Origin: Bacteroidia bacterium
GTDB lineage: Bacteria > Bacteroidota > Bacteroidia > AKYH767-A > OLB10
Reading direction: 5' to 3'
Length of the DNA stretch: 64,000 bases
NCBI GenBank assembly: GCA_023262505.1
Contig: JALRAP010000005.1
Span: 56 to 64,055, forward strand
Shown here piece by piece: positions 36,357 to 47,124 of this stretch. The stretch's first letter is position 1; the number at the start of each line of letters is the position of its first letter. The position numbers and the translations under genes are program-made. Below the pieces are notes generated by a model. That model saw nothing but the letters and a program-made list of their open reading frames with translations. It ran no database searches and had not been told where the DNA came from.

Positions 36357-37934
36357 TCATTCAAACACAGCCAATCCCAAACGGTTTATTTCCTTTTTGA
36401 ATCGGTAGCAGTAAATTATGAAATGGTTGGGGGATGTTTGCTTTGTTCCACTGATATAAAATGGATGGCCGGATTTTTCGGTGCTCACAAATTGCTTGCG
36501 GCTCATTTTACCTTGCGCATCGATTTCAACCATCATCAGATACATTTCGTCCATGGAATTGAAACGCTTCGGCTCCTCATCGGCAGAGTTGATGTTATAA
36601 GCCAAGTTCTTTTCGATGTCGTTGTAGAAAATATACAGTTTATCCTTGGTCACCATGGTTGAGTAATAAATGTATGCTGTGAGTGAATTGAAGAATTGGC
36701 TCTTGGGAATATGGTTCATCCATGCCTGATTTCCGTTCTTATCCATTTGAATGGCAATAATGGAATTCGAGTAGTAAGTGGTGTAAGAACCGTATTTGGA
36801 TGTGGTGGTTACCGAGTAACGCTTTTCGATCAAAGCGTATAGGCGATCATCAGGGGTCACAATCAAATCGGTAATGTTGAAATACTTTGAAATACCGGGT
36901 GACTTGCCTTTGCTTTTGTCGTCGTTAAGTCGATTTACTTTATCGATGAAAGAAAGCGGAAACATATTGATTTTGGATGCGGTTACATCGCCCGTTTTAG
37001 AATTGATTCGGTTGAAGAAATAACCGATTACTCCATCCTCTGTGGCTGCTTGGAAGGTGCCAACAACGAACAAATCGTCGGTAGCAGGGTCGTTGCTCAT
37101 AGCGTATGCATCCATAACCTTCTCACCCATAGGTATGCGGTATTCTTTTTCAGAGGCATCCTTTCCATACTTCAAAATGACCACATCGTATGTGGCCACC
37201 TTCTTTTTGTCGGCGCCACGCTCAACTTGCTTCTTGGCACCATCCTTGTACCCTTTTGAGAGCACATAAAGATCCCCTGATTTGGAAACCTTGTAGCTCA
37301 GAATTGAAAAGTCCTCGTTGTCGTATTTGAGCTCGACCATTTTTTCCTGGACGGTACCCAAGTCCTTGCCTACGACCTTGTAAGCGAAACGCTCTTTCTC
37401 ATCGTCTTTCTGGTTGTATGTTGCGAAAAGCAGCATACTTGAGGAATCATCGGAGAGTGTAGCATTCCAGCTGAAATATTTTTTGGGTGGGGCCGACAGC
37501 TTCCAAAGAGAAACTGTTTTACCTTTCGGTTTCAAGGTGGTTTTATCAATAGAAATTGCAAAAACCTCTGTTGAATTACTTGATTTCTCGTACTTGGAAG
37601 TTAGCATTACGAAATTACCACCCATGTAAAACAAACCCTGCAAGTCGATATCGTCCATGTCGCTGGTGTAATTCTCGCGAGCAACAGGCTTCATGTCCTT
37701 ATCGAGCTTCATGATACCTGGAGTAATGGCCTTACCCTTGCCGCGCTCCCCTTTGGTGATACTGGTTACGCGCACGTATACGTAGGTTCCATCGTCATAA
37801 AGGACCTCTCCCAACTTCTCCCCTTTCTCCTCGATAAATTCTTCACTCCATTTGATTGTGGCTTTTTGAGCCGTCACCTCACATGTCGAAACACCGAAGG
37901 CCAATAAAAACATGATAAGCAGTTTGTTTTTCAT
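36357..37934 (-). CDS. Secreted hypothetical protein (beta-rich)
   Basis: 525-aa ORF with a signal peptide; no recognised family. Confidence 0.7.
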   Translation of the reverse strand: MKNKLLIMFLLAFGVSTCEVTAQKATIKWSEEFIEEKGEKLGEVLYDDGTYVYVRVTSITKGERGKGKAITPGIMKLDKDMKPVARENYTSDMDDIDLQGLFYMGGNFVMLTSKYEKSSNSTEVFAISIDKTTLKPKGKTVSLWKLSAPPKKYFSWNATLSDDSSSMLLFATYNQKDDEKERFAYKVVGKDLGTVQEKMVELKYDNEDFSILSYKVSKSGDLYVLSKGYKDGAKKQVERGADKKKVATYDVVILKYGKDASEKEYRIPMGEKVMDAYAMSNDPATDDLFVVGTFQAATEDGVIGYFFNRINSKTGDVTASKINMFPLSFIDKVNRLNDDKSKGKSPGISKYFNITDLIVTPDDRLYALIEKRYSVTTTSKYGSYTTYYSNSIIAIQMDKNGNQAWMNHIPKSQFFNSLTAYIYYSTMVTKDKLYIFYNDIEKNLAYNINSADEEPKRFNSMDEMYLMMVEIDAQGKMSRKQFVSTEKSGHPFYISGTKQTSPNHFIIYCYRFKKEINRLGLAVFE

Positions 37935-37991
37935 TTGTTTGTGCTGTTTAGTTGTATTTAAATACCTTCGCGAAGATAAAAAAAGCCTATC

Positions 37992-38801
37992 ATGAAAAGA
38001 GTACTGATTATCATTGCTATCCTTACGCTGACTTATGCGAATTCATATGGTCAGTCAGATACATCCAAGAGCAAAACCACTGTCATCTATTTTGGTGACG
38101 GCTCTAGCACCGCAGAGGAAAACAGCAATAAAAAATATGACGCATCTGCTGTTAAGCTAGGTGTTTTCAGCTTAGTGTCAGGTCTTTACGGTTTCAGTTA
38201 CGAGAGGGAGTTCAGTGACTTGTTTGCTTTGGAAGCAGGGGCCGGATTAACAGGCCGAAACTGGGTTTACGGATTGCTGTCTGGTGAAGACGGATTAAGC
38301 TCAAAGCCTCAAAAGAGTGAATATTTCACTGAAAACCTCGATGTTTTCGATAACGACTACCAATATACTGCAAGGGAATGCAAGGTTGGGTTTTTCTTGA
38401 CAGCCACCCCAAAGTTCTATTTTGCAGATGAAGACGGCATGGATGGATCCTATCTAGGATTTAACTTACAATATAGAAGATATAATTACACCGCGTACGG
38501 CGAAGTGTCAACAGATGATGCAACAGATATTATTTCTTCAGACAAGGACATAAAGGAGTTCGAAAACCAAACCATTTTAGCTCTTCGCTGGGGTTATCAA
38601 AGCATGAACGACAAAACCATAATCGATTATTTTGTCGGGGTTGGGGCGAGAAACTTCAAAGGTGAAAGACGAGACATCGGTTCAGTTGAAACACCCAATG
38701 GCAGTGTTTACACCATTGCACCAGAACCCAGAAGCACCAAAGGCACCAAGTTCTTTTTTGAAGTTGGTATGAATATCGGTTTGTGGTGGGATAAAAAATA
38801 A
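37992..38801 (+). CDS. Putative outer-membrane beta-barrel protein (DUF3575-like)
   Basis: Signal peptide; amphipathic strands (FSYER, RWGYQ, DYFVGVG); aromatic C-terminal strand. Confidence 0.6.
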   Translation: MKRVLIIIAILTLTYANSYGQSDTSKSKTTVIYFGDGSSTAEENSNKKYDASAVKLGVFSLVSGLYGFSYEREFSDLFALEAGAGLTGRNWVYGLLSGEDGLSSKPQKSEYFTENLDVFDNDYQYTARECKVGFFLTATPKFYFADEDGMDGSYLGFNLQYRRYNYTAYGEVSTDDATDIISSDKDIKEFENQTILALRWGYQSMNDKTIIDYFVGVGARNFKGERRDIGSVETPNGSVYTIAPEPRSTKGTKFFFEVGMNIGLWWDKK

Positions 38802-38827
38802 GTGCCGCCAATCCTTGTTAGTCTTAG

Positions 38828-38855
38828 AAGGCCATCCCAATTGGATGGCCTTTTT
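38828..38855 (+). terminator. Rho-independent terminator
   Basis: AAGGCCATCC-CAATT-GGATGGCCTT followed by a T-run. Confidence 0.75.
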
Positions 38856-38908
38856 CATTTTGATGAATGTCATATACATCATCAAAACGATTTTTTAAAA
38901 TTACATCG

Positions 38909-40192
38909 ATGAAATTACTTAATTACACAACCCCTACTGAAGCTTTCAAATTAATACCTCCCGGAGCACGGATTTACATCCACGGAAGTGCGGCCACCCC
39001 CACCTACTTGGTAGAGCAGATGGCTATGCACCACCAAATGTTCCATCAATCAGAAATTATTTGCATCAGTGTGTTTGGCAATTTCCCAATAGCACAGAAG
39101 GAATTTTCAGACAAATTCAAAATCAACGCGCTCTTCGTTTCGGCACCCATTCGCCAATCGATACAGTCCGGAAACGGTGATTACATACCGGTGTTCCTTA
39201 GTGAGATCCCTGAGCTTTTCAAGAGAAATGTGCTACCCATTGACGTGGCCATCATCCATGTTTCTCCGCCTGACGAAAACGGTTATGTTTCCTTGGGTAC
39301 TTCCGTGGATGCCGCCCGAACGGCAGCGGATGTAGCCAAGGTGGTGATTGCACAAGTGAATCCACTAATGCCACGAACACATGGGGATACGCTCATTCAT
39401 GCCAGCAGCATACATGCTGCCATCTGGCATGAGAGCCCCCTACATGAAGTCGATTACTCTAAGGACACATCATCCGTTGAAATTCAAATAGGAAAACATG
39501 TAGCAGGCCTCATTGAAGACGGCAGCACTCTGCAGATTGGTATCGGATGCATTCCCGATGCCGTACTATCCCAGCTCACCAGCCATAAGCATCTAGGGGT
39601 TCACACTGAAATGCTATCAGATGGGATTCTCCAGCTAATCGACTGCGGCGCTGTTGACAATAGCATGAAAACCGAACATCGTGGTAAAACCGTGACCTCC
39701 TTTTGTGCCGGAACTTCCAAGCTATACGGACGCATACACAACAATCCGGACTTCGCATTCTTGGATGTGGATTATGTGAACGAACCTTATATCATCAGAA
39801 AAAACCCAAAGGTGGTAGCCATCAACAGCTGTATCGAAATGGACTTGACAGGACAAGTTTGTTCCGACTCCATTGGAACTTACCAATATTCGGGTGTAGG
39901 TGGACAAATGGATTTTATGAGAGGTGCGGCCATGTCGGATGGAGGAAAACCCATCATCGCATTACCTAGCAGAACCGGAAAAGGCATACCTCGGATCGTA
40001 CCCATTTTGAAACCAGGCGCTGGCGTGGTTACCACTAGGGCGCATGTTCATTGGGTGGTTACCGAATACGGAACTGTAAACCTTTTCGGGATGAACTTGA
40101 GAAAAAGGGCCCAAGCGCTGATAAAATTGGCACATCCAGAAGACAGAACGGAGCTGGAAAAAGCGTTTTACGAACGATTTAGACACGAATAA
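38909..40192 (+). CDS. Acetyl-CoA hydrolase / 4-hydroxybutyrate CoA-transferase family
   Basis: TLQIGIG, HTEM, SGVGGQMDF, VTEYG and AHP motifs. Confidence 0.92.
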   Translation: MKLLNYTTPTEAFKLIPPGARIYIHGSAATPTYLVEQMAMHHQMFHQSEIICISVFGNFPIAQKEFSDKFKINALFVSAPIRQSIQSGNGDYIPVFLSEIPELFKRNVLPIDVAIIHVSPPDENGYVSLGTSVDAARTAADVAKVVIAQVNPLMPRTHGDTLIHASSIHAAIWHESPLHEVDYSKDTSSVEIQIGKHVAGLIEDGSTLQIGIGCIPDAVLSQLTSHKHLGVHTEMLSDGILQLIDCGAVDNSMKTEHRGKTVTSFCAGTSKLYGRIHNNPDFAFLDVDYVNEPYIIRKNPKVVAINSCIEMDLTGQVCSDSIGTYQYSGVGGQMDFMRGAAMSDGGKPIIALPSRTGKGIPRIVPILKPGAGVVTTRAHVHWVVTEYGTVNLFGMNLRKRAQALIKLAHPEDRTELEKAFYERFRHE

Positions 40193-40237
40193 GAACTTCG
40201 CTTCGTTCTATTGGTTATGATAACGTAAATTTGTGAC

Positions 40238-40651
40238 ATGGAGAACGACCGAATATCCAATTTTGATGGAGAAACCGCATCGGCTTTTTTGGATGACATG
40301 AGTATCAATGGCTTCGGACTTATCCGTTTGGCTATTGAGCGTTTAAATGACGATGATGAGCGAGCCGATTTGACCGAATGTGAAGAGGCCTTGGTTGCCT
40401 GTGAGATCGTAGCAGCCGCGTTAGGTCGTCCTGCCGATGATTTTCCCGATGACCTAAGCGAATGGATGGGTATTTTCATTCAAGAGGGCTCAGATTCCCA
40501 TTATGAAGTGATAAACCTGGCAGAGCAAGCCGCTATGGCCATCGATCGCATACTCACCGATTCCGAATTGCGTGAGTTGTGGTATGAAAGTCCTGTGTTC
40601 GAAGCTTGGATGGAGGTTCAGGTGAAACTTCAGGAACGAATATTGGATTGA
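40238..40651 (+). CDS. DUF4259 domain protein
   Basis: Acidic; EALVACEIVAAALG and SELRELW motifs. Confidence 0.72.
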   Translation: MENDRISNFDGETASAFLDDMSINGFGLIRLAIERLNDDDERADLTECEEALVACEIVAAALGRPADDFPDDLSEWMGIFIQEGSDSHYEVINLAEQAAMAIDRILTDSELRELWYESPVFEAWMEVQVKLQERILD

Positions 40652-40661
40652 ACCACGTAAC

Positions 40662-41738
40662 GTGTCGAACAATACCTTCGGATCGATATTAAAACTGACA
40701 ACCTTTGGTGAGTCGCACGGCGTAGCCATGGGAGGCGTTATTGATGGATTACCATCGGGGCTTCCAATAGATTTGGAAGCAATACAGCAACTCGTTGATC
40801 TTCGCAGGCCAGGCCAAAGCACAATCACCTCTCCTCGGAATGAGAGAGACCGTGTTGAGATTTTATCAGGGTTGATGAATGGTATTACATTAGGAACACC
40901 CATAGGTTTCATCATTCGCAACCAAGATCAGCGGTCTGAAGATTATGACCAATTGAAGGATTTATACAGGCCCGGACATGCCGACCATACGTGGGAGTTG
41001 AAATACGGCATCCGTGACCATCGTGGAAGCGGAAGAGCATCTGCAAGGGAAACCGTATGCCGCGTTGTTGGTGGCGCCTTTGCCATGCAATTGCTGAAGT
41101 GTTACGGAGTACAAGTGCATGCCTGGACATCCTCCATCGGCCCCGTATATTTACCCGATGCGCTTGTTCCCGACCTGAACATCATTTACCAGAATGATGT
41201 TAGAACCTGTCATCTTCCAACTGCGGAAGCCATGCGTGATTTCATTGAGTCAATTAGAAATGCCGGCGACAGTTGTGGTGGCTCCATCACTTGTGTTGTA
41301 AATAACCTACCTGCGGGAATCGGCGAACCAGTGTTTGGCAAACTACCCGCACTTTTGTCCTCTGCCATGATGGGCATAAATGCCGCCAAAGCCTTTGAAA
41401 TGGGAGATGGGTTCGATGGCACCTTGATGAAAGGCTCCGAACACAATGACGTGATTCAAAACAAAAACGGCAAAACTACTCCATCAACCAATCATGCCGG
41501 TGGAACCCATGGAGGTATCAGTAACGGAAATGACATTGTGTTTCGAGTAGGATTCAAACCCGTTTCAACCATTGCCGTAAAACAAACCACGATAAACCGA
41601 GCAGGCGAAGAAATCAGCTTCTCTGCAACAGGACGGCATGATCCTTGTGTAGTACCCAGGGCTGTACCTATCGTATCATCCATGGCCGCTTTGGTTGTGG
41701 CCGACCTCATGCTAAAACACCGAACCACACGTTTATAG
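40662..41738 (+). CDS. aroC: Chorismate synthase
   Basis: TFGESHG, RPGHAD, ASARET, FKPVST and GRHDPCV motifs. Confidence 0.96.
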   Translation: MSNNTFGSILKLTTFGESHGVAMGGVIDGLPSGLPIDLEAIQQLVDLRRPGQSTITSPRNERDRVEILSGLMNGITLGTPIGFIIRNQDQRSEDYDQLKDLYRPGHADHTWELKYGIRDHRGSGRASARETVCRVVGGAFAMQLLKCYGVQVHAWTSSIGPVYLPDALVPDLNIIYQNDVRTCHLPTAEAMRDFIESIRNAGDSCGGSITCVVNNLPAGIGEPVFGKLPALLSSAMMGINAAKAFEMGDGFDGTLMKGSEHNDVIQNKNGKTTPSTNHAGGTHGGISNGNDIVFRVGFKPVSTIAVKQTTINRAGEEISFSATGRHDPCVVPRAVPIVSSMAALVVADLMLKHRTTRL

Positions 41739-41747
41739 AACATACAG

Positions 41748-44423
41748 ATGACTCGTAAAAAGAAAATATTACTTTCCATTTCAGCAGTGCTGGCATTATT
41801 GCTGGTAATGATGGTTGCGTTGCCCTTCCTGTTCAAAGACAAGATAATCGAAGCGGTTAAAAAAGGAGCCAACGAAAATGTCAATGCCCAGGTGAATTTC
41901 ACCGATGTTGGCGTAACCTTGTTCCGACACTTCCCCTATCTAACCGCAAGCATCGACAGCGTTTCCATTGTAGGACGCGATGCCTTTGCAGGAGACACAT
42001 TGCTGAATGTTGGCCGAGTGGTTGCGACTGTCGATTTGATGAGCGTGATTACCGGAGATCAAATCAGGATACGTAGTATTTACCTAAACTCTCCTAACAT
42101 CAATTTGATTGTGCTAGAAGATGGCCGAGCCAATTGGGACATAGCGATTCCCGACACCACTCAAAAGCCGGAAACATCGGGTACTGGAATGAAAATCCAA
42201 CTGAAGCGTTACGGCATCAAGAACGGCAATATCACCTATGATGACCGATCATTGGATTTTTATCTTAAAATGGCGAGTGTTGTTCATAAGGGTCGTGGCG
42301 ATTTCTCGGAGGACTTCTTCAGCTTCTCGACATCTACAGACATTGAATCCCTAGACATGGCATATGGGGGAGTAAAATACCTCAGCAAAACCAAAACATC
42401 ATTGCAAGCTGATCTTGATATGGACATGAAGGCTATGAAATTCACATTCAAGGACAATGAAATCAAGGTGAACGAATTGATAATGGGTTTAACAGGATTT
42501 GTGGCCATGCCCAACGATCCAATTGAAATGGATTTGAAATTCGACATCCGTAAAAACGACTTCAGCAACTTCGTTTCATTGATACCCGGAGCGTACAAGG
42601 CTGACTTTGATAAGGCCAAAAGTTCCGGCACATTGGAATTGAATGGATACTTGAAAGGTGTTTACAGTGAAACAACCATGCCTGGTTTCGGTCTCGATCT
42701 GAAAATCGACAAAGGACAGTTCAGCTACCCCAGCCTACCTGTTGCTCTCAACAATGTATCGGTTAATTTGTCTGTAAAAAACCCAGATGGCGTTCCAGAT
42801 CATACCGTAATCGATCTGAGCAGCATGCATCTTGAGGTTGGAAAAGACCCGTTTGATGTGAGGTTGTTGGTAAAGACCCCTGTATCCGATCCGCAAATTG
42901 ATGGCTCTGTGAAAGGTCGCTTGGATTTGGGTGCGGTTGCAAGAATGTTCCCATTGGAAAAGGATACACGACTTGCAGGGGTTTTGGATGCTGATGTTGC
43001 AGCCTCAGGCCGTATGTCGGCTATTGAAAACCAGCGCTACCAGTACTTCCGCGCAGAAGGCATGATGAAACTGAAAGGATTCAGCTATGCCAGCAACGAA
43101 TTCAAAAGTGGTGTTGAGATTTCCAATGCCGAACTTATATTCAATCCAAAAAATGTTACGCTTAACCAGCTTGCCATGAAAACCGGCAAGACTTCGCTGA
43201 CGGCAACAGGGTGGATCGACAATCTAATGGGATATGTTTTCAAAGAAAACCAATTGCTGACAGGAACCTTGGATGTTAATGCCAATGTGGTTGACCTCAA
43301 TGAATACATGACTACATCCTCTGATACTTCGACTGCATCAGCAAGCACAGGCGTGTTTGAAGTACCCGGCAACATCGATTTCACCCTCACTGCCAAAGCA
43401 GGGCAAGTACTCATGCAAAAACATGTGTTGAGTAATGCAGTTGCCAGCTTGAATGTACGTGATCGTGCAATCATCATTAACAAGTTCGCTTTCGGTTTAT
43501 TGGATGGCACTGTAGGCATGACCGGAACCTATGACTCCAAGGATTTGAAAAAACCTGCCTTCCAATTCAATTTGGATGTTACAGGAATGGACATCAAAAA
43601 AACCTTCCAAGCATTTGAGTCGGTTAAAAAACTCGCTCCCGTAGCTGAACAATGCAATGGTAAATACGGCGCCGTATTCAATATCAAGGGTGAGATGGAT
43701 CAGAAGATGGAGCCTGTTTACAACTCTTTGACAGGTGGTGGCAAGCTCCAAACATCAGGCTTGACCGTCGACAATTTCAAACCGTTGGTAAAGTTGGCCG
43801 ATATGCTCAAAATGGATCAATTCAAAAGCTTCTCACCGGAAAATCTAAACATATCCTTCAGATTTGAAAACGGTCGCGTTCAGGTAGAGCCATTCCCGTT
43901 AAACTTAGCAGGAATAAAATCGACCGTTTCGGGTTCGAACGGATTCGACCAATCTATCGATTACAATATTGTATCGGCCATACCTTTGCAAATAGCAGGT
44001 TTGCAGGCGTCCGATGCAATCAATTCACTGCTTGCAAAAGCCAATAATGCCACCGGGGCAAACATGAGCATTGGCCGTGAAGCCAGGGTAAATGCACACA
44101 TCACCGGCACAGTGAAAGACCCTAAGGTGGATGTTTCCTTTGGTAATGGATCAGCAGCAGGAACAACTTCGGTGAAAGAACAGGTAAAAGAAGCCATCGA
44201 TACGAAAGTGAAAGAATTGGAGGAAAAAGCCAAGGCGGAAGCGGATAAACTCAAGAAAGAAGCCGAAGCAAAAGCCAAGGCCGAGGCTGACCGACTTAAA
44301 AAAGAAGCCGAAGCAAAGGCCAAAGCAGAAGCTGATAGATTGAAAAAAGAGCTTGAACAAAAAGCCAAGAAAGAGGCCGAAGACAAATTGAAAGACTTGT
44401 TCGGCAAACCTAAAAAGCCTTGA
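41748..44423 (+). CDS. AsmA family protein
   Basis: N-terminal anchor; beta-rich body (GRANWDI); Lys/Ala/Glu C-terminal tail. Confidence 0.82.
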   Translation: MTRKKKILLSISAVLALLLVMMVALPFLFKDKIIEAVKKGANENVNAQVNFTDVGVTLFRHFPYLTASIDSVSIVGRDAFAGDTLLNVGRVVATVDLMSVITGDQIRIRSIYLNSPNINLIVLEDGRANWDIAIPDTTQKPETSGTGMKIQLKRYGIKNGNITYDDRSLDFYLKMASVVHKGRGDFSEDFFSFSTSTDIESLDMAYGGVKYLSKTKTSLQADLDMDMKAMKFTFKDNEIKVNELIMGLTGFVAMPNDPIEMDLKFDIRKNDFSNFVSLIPGAYKADFDKAKSSGTLELNGYLKGVYSETTMPGFGLDLKIDKGQFSYPSLPVALNNVSVNLSVKNPDGVPDHTVIDLSSMHLEVGKDPFDVRLLVKTPVSDPQIDGSVKGRLDLGAVARMFPLEKDTRLAGVLDADVAASGRMSAIENQRYQYFRAEGMMKLKGFSYASNEFKSGVEISNAELIFNPKNVTLNQLAMKTGKTSLTATGWIDNLMGYVFKENQLLTGTLDVNANVVDLNEYMTTSSDTSTASASTGVFEVPGNIDFTLTAKAGQVLMQKHVLSNAVASLNVRDRAIIINKFAFGLLDGTVGMTGTYDSKDLKKPAFQFNLDVTGMDIKKTFQAFESVKKLAPVAEQCNGKYGAVFNIKGEMDQKMEPVYNSLTGGGKLQTSGLTVDNFKPLVKLADMLKMDQFKSFSPENLNISFRFENGRVQVEPFPLNLAGIKSTVSGSNGFDQSIDYNIVSAIPLQIAGLQASDAINSLLAKANNATGANMSIGREARVNAHITGTVKDPKVDVSFGNGSAAGTTSVKEQVKEAIDTKVKELEEKAKAEADKLKKEAEAKAKAEADRLKKEAEAKAKAEADRLKKELEQKAKKEAEDKLKDLFGKPKKP
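44226..44360 (+). repeat. Three 45-nt coding tandem repeats (KAKAEADRLKKEAEA)
   Basis: 15-aa period in the AsmA C-terminus, with synonymous differences between copies. Confidence 0.85.
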
Positions 44424-46336
44424 AGCGATTTATCATTTGCGTATTTCTTTTATTCGCCTTGTGCAGTAGCGCATCGTCTCAGAATATGCGTGTATGCGCC
44501 CCGTCGGTTTCTAAAAAAGCGTCGAAGCTTTTGGATGAGGCTAAGGTTATGATAAAGTCAAGGGAGGATTATGCCAAAACCAAAAAGGCACTTTTAGATT
44601 GCCTTAAAGAAGACAGTGTTTACGCGGAAGCACTATTGGCTTTGGGGGATTTAGCCTTCACTAAAAAAGATTGGGTTACCATGAAAGATGCCTATAGGCG
44701 ATTGATTTTGGTTTGTCCTGATGGTGATGATAAAGCCTATTACCGCCTCGGTGTTTATTTATATGAGACCAACAAAGCGGCTGAGTGCATCCCTTACCTA
44801 AAATCATTCTTGGAGTTTGCTGGCGCCAATGAAAAAATGAATGTAGATGCGGAACAAATGTTATTCCGTTCAAAAATGAAGATGAATCCAGTTCCTTTCG
44901 ACCCAAAGCCTGTGAAAGGAGTTTCGACGGCAGACCCTGAATACCTAGCTGCCATATCACCGGATGACGAGACATTCTTTTTCACTAGGAGATTTGATGA
45001 GGCGAAAAAAGGCTCTATCACACCTGTGAGTGTAGAAAAGTTTATGATAGCCAAACGTGATTCAAATGGAGCATTCACCAAAGGCGAACCTCTACCCCTA
45101 CCTTTCAACGCGGCCAACAACAACAACGAGGGCGGACCTGCCATCAGTAAAGACAACCGCATGATGGTTTTCACTAGAAACAACAATGGCAACTTCGACC
45201 TATACTACTCGATCATGGGCGTTGAAAAATGGGGGGAAATACAAAACTTGGGAACCAACGTCAACGACCCCAAGCAATGGGACTCGCAACCCAGCTTGGC
45301 TTCCGATGGCAAAACGGTTTACTTCGCTACTTACCGCGATTCTGTAAATGGGACTAGCGATATCTATATGACCACCAAAACAGACGGCACCTTTTCCAAA
45401 GCCGTCAGGGCACCCTTCAACACGAATGGCAATGAAAAATCACCCTTCATGCATCCAGATAACAGCACCTTTTATTTTTCCAGTGACAGCTTACCAGGAA
45501 TGGGAGGATTCGACATTTACATGGTAAAAAAAGATGCCTCGGGGAAATGGGGCAAGCCTGTGAACATGGGATATCCCATCAATACGGAAGGTGATGAGGT
45601 CGGTTTCTTTGTAAGCACCGATGGAACAACTGGATATTTTGCCAGCAACAAGCTTTCAGGAACCGGTGGCTACGACATATACTCATTCGAAATCCCAGTC
45701 GACAAAAGACCTGAGAAAATACTATTCGTTAAAGGAAAATTGACAGGTGAAAACGATTCGATTCCTACTGCTGCACGTATTGAATTGAAGAACATTCGCA
45801 CAAGTGAAATAATCGATGTGGATTACGACTCCCTTACGGGACACTACGCATCTGTTGTCAAGATGGATGCTGACTACATCATGACGGTAAAGAGCGAAGG
45901 CGCTGCTTACAGTTCAAGATATTTTGAAATGTCGGATACCACAAAAGGCCGAGTGATGTCGGGCGACTTAGAAGTAAAAAAGCTTCAGGTGGGCGAACCA
46001 TACAATTTGAACGACATACTCTTTGGAACCAACTCGGCAGAGATGAGCGAAAGAAACAAGAACATAATCAAAGACTTTGCAGCTTATCTGAATTCGAACC
46101 GATCATTGAAGGTTTCAATACAAGGTCATACAGACAATGCCGGTGATCCCGCCAAAAACCTGGAGCTAAGCAACCTTCGTGCGAAAGCGGTATACGAACT
46201 ATTAGTAAAGGATGGTGTGGCTCCTGATAGACTTTCTTACAAGGGATTTGGACAAACAAAGCCTGTTGCGGACAACCTTACTTCGGATGGCAGAGCTAAA
46301 AACCGAAGAACGGAATTTGTGGTTACTGGAAGATAA
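44420..46336 (+). CDS. OmpA family protein with TPR and PD40 repeats
   Basis: FYFSSD..GMGGFDI repeats; IQGHTD...LSNLRA...NRRTEF. Confidence 0.9.
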   Translation: MKRFIICVFLLFALCSSASSQNMRVCAPSVSKKASKLLDEAKVMIKSREDYAKTKKALLDCLKEDSVYAEALLALGDLAFTKKDWVTMKDAYRRLILVCPDGDDKAYYRLGVYLYETNKAAECIPYLKSFLEFAGANEKMNVDAEQMLFRSKMKMNPVPFDPKPVKGVSTADPEYLAAISPDDETFFFTRRFDEAKKGSITPVSVEKFMIAKRDSNGAFTKGEPLPLPFNAANNNNEGGPAISKDNRMMVFTRNNNGNFDLYYSIMGVEKWGEIQNLGTNVNDPKQWDSQPSLASDGKTVYFATYRDSVNGTSDIYMTTKTDGTFSKAVRAPFNTNGNEKSPFMHPDNSTFYFSSDSLPGMGGFDIYMVKKDASGKWGKPVNMGYPINTEGDEVGFFVSTDGTTGYFASNKLSGTGGYDIYSFEIPVDKRPEKILFVKGKLTGENDSIPTAARIELKNIRTSEIIDVDYDSLTGHYASVVKMDADYIMTVKSEGAAYSSRYFEMSDTTKGRVMSGDLEVKKLQVGEPYNLNDILFGTNSAEMSERNKNIIKDFAAYLNSNRSLKVSIQGHTDNAGDPAKNLELSNLRAKAVYELLVKDGVAPDRLSYKGFGQTKPVADNLTSDGRAKNRRTEFVVTGR

Positions 46337-46339
46337 AAA

Positions 46340-47050
46340 TCACTTGGGCTTTTGGGGCAATTCAAACTCCTTTACTTCGCCACTGCGACTACTATCCTCA
46401 ACCGATTTATAAATCTGCATCAGATCATCAGGGGTTACTTGTTTGTAGTCGGATGGTATCGAGAAAACAGTATCAGGAACCTGTTCTGATATCACCTTTC
46501 TAACTGAAAATTTCATTTTTAGTCCGTTCTGGTCCACTATGAACTCCATTGGAAAACCATCCACGCCTGGGAACTGAACATTCACTGCAATCCGCGCCTT
46601 GATGCGATCCGTGTAGTACAGGTCAGAACTAACATTATCCTTGCTTTTCATAACGGCACGCTTGCATTCGAAACCCGCAATGGTTTTGCGATCAGTGTCA
46701 AACAATGCAATCTGATTGTTATTCTGCGATGGAACAGGTCCCTTACCGGGAGCCATTACAATGTACGTTTTAGAATCCATGAACTCGGTAAGAGCGGTTA
46801 CTTCGCCAGACTTGAAATTGTAAAAGGATGAACTGCTCATGCGAGGACCCACGTTCAAGTCTGTACGAGTCAAATTACCTTTCACATACACAACAGATTC
46901 ACGGGGCAAGGAACCGCGAGTTGACTCATCCATGTCCAATTCGGGAAAGGTAATGTCGTATATGATTCTTCCCTCGGAAAAATCTTGTGCATAAGTCGGC
47001 ACAAGCCAAAGCACCATCACCGATATTATAAGAAATTTGATACGAGACAT
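46340..47050 (-). CDS. DUF4412/GLPGLI-like secreted protein (paralog 3)
   Basis: EGRIIYDI, TIAGFECKRA, GFPMEF and FSIPSDY motifs. Confidence 0.7.
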   Translation of the reverse strand: MSRIKFLIISVMVLWLVPTYAQDFSEGRIIYDITFPELDMDESTRGSLPRESVVYVKGNLTRTDLNVGPRMSSSSFYNFKSGEVTALTEFMDSKTYIVMAPGKGPVPSQNNNQIALFDTDRKTIAGFECKRAVMKSKDNVSSDLYYTDRIKARIAVNVQFPGVDGFPMEFIVDQNGLKMKFSVRKVISEQVPDTVFSIPSDYKQVTPDDLMQIYKSVEDSSRSGEVKEFELPQKPK

Positions 47051-47124
47051 TGCAGTAATTTATCTATAAAGCAGCATGCAGATGCAAACCGGTTTTTGAA
47101 GCTGTATTTTTCAGTTTACACAAA

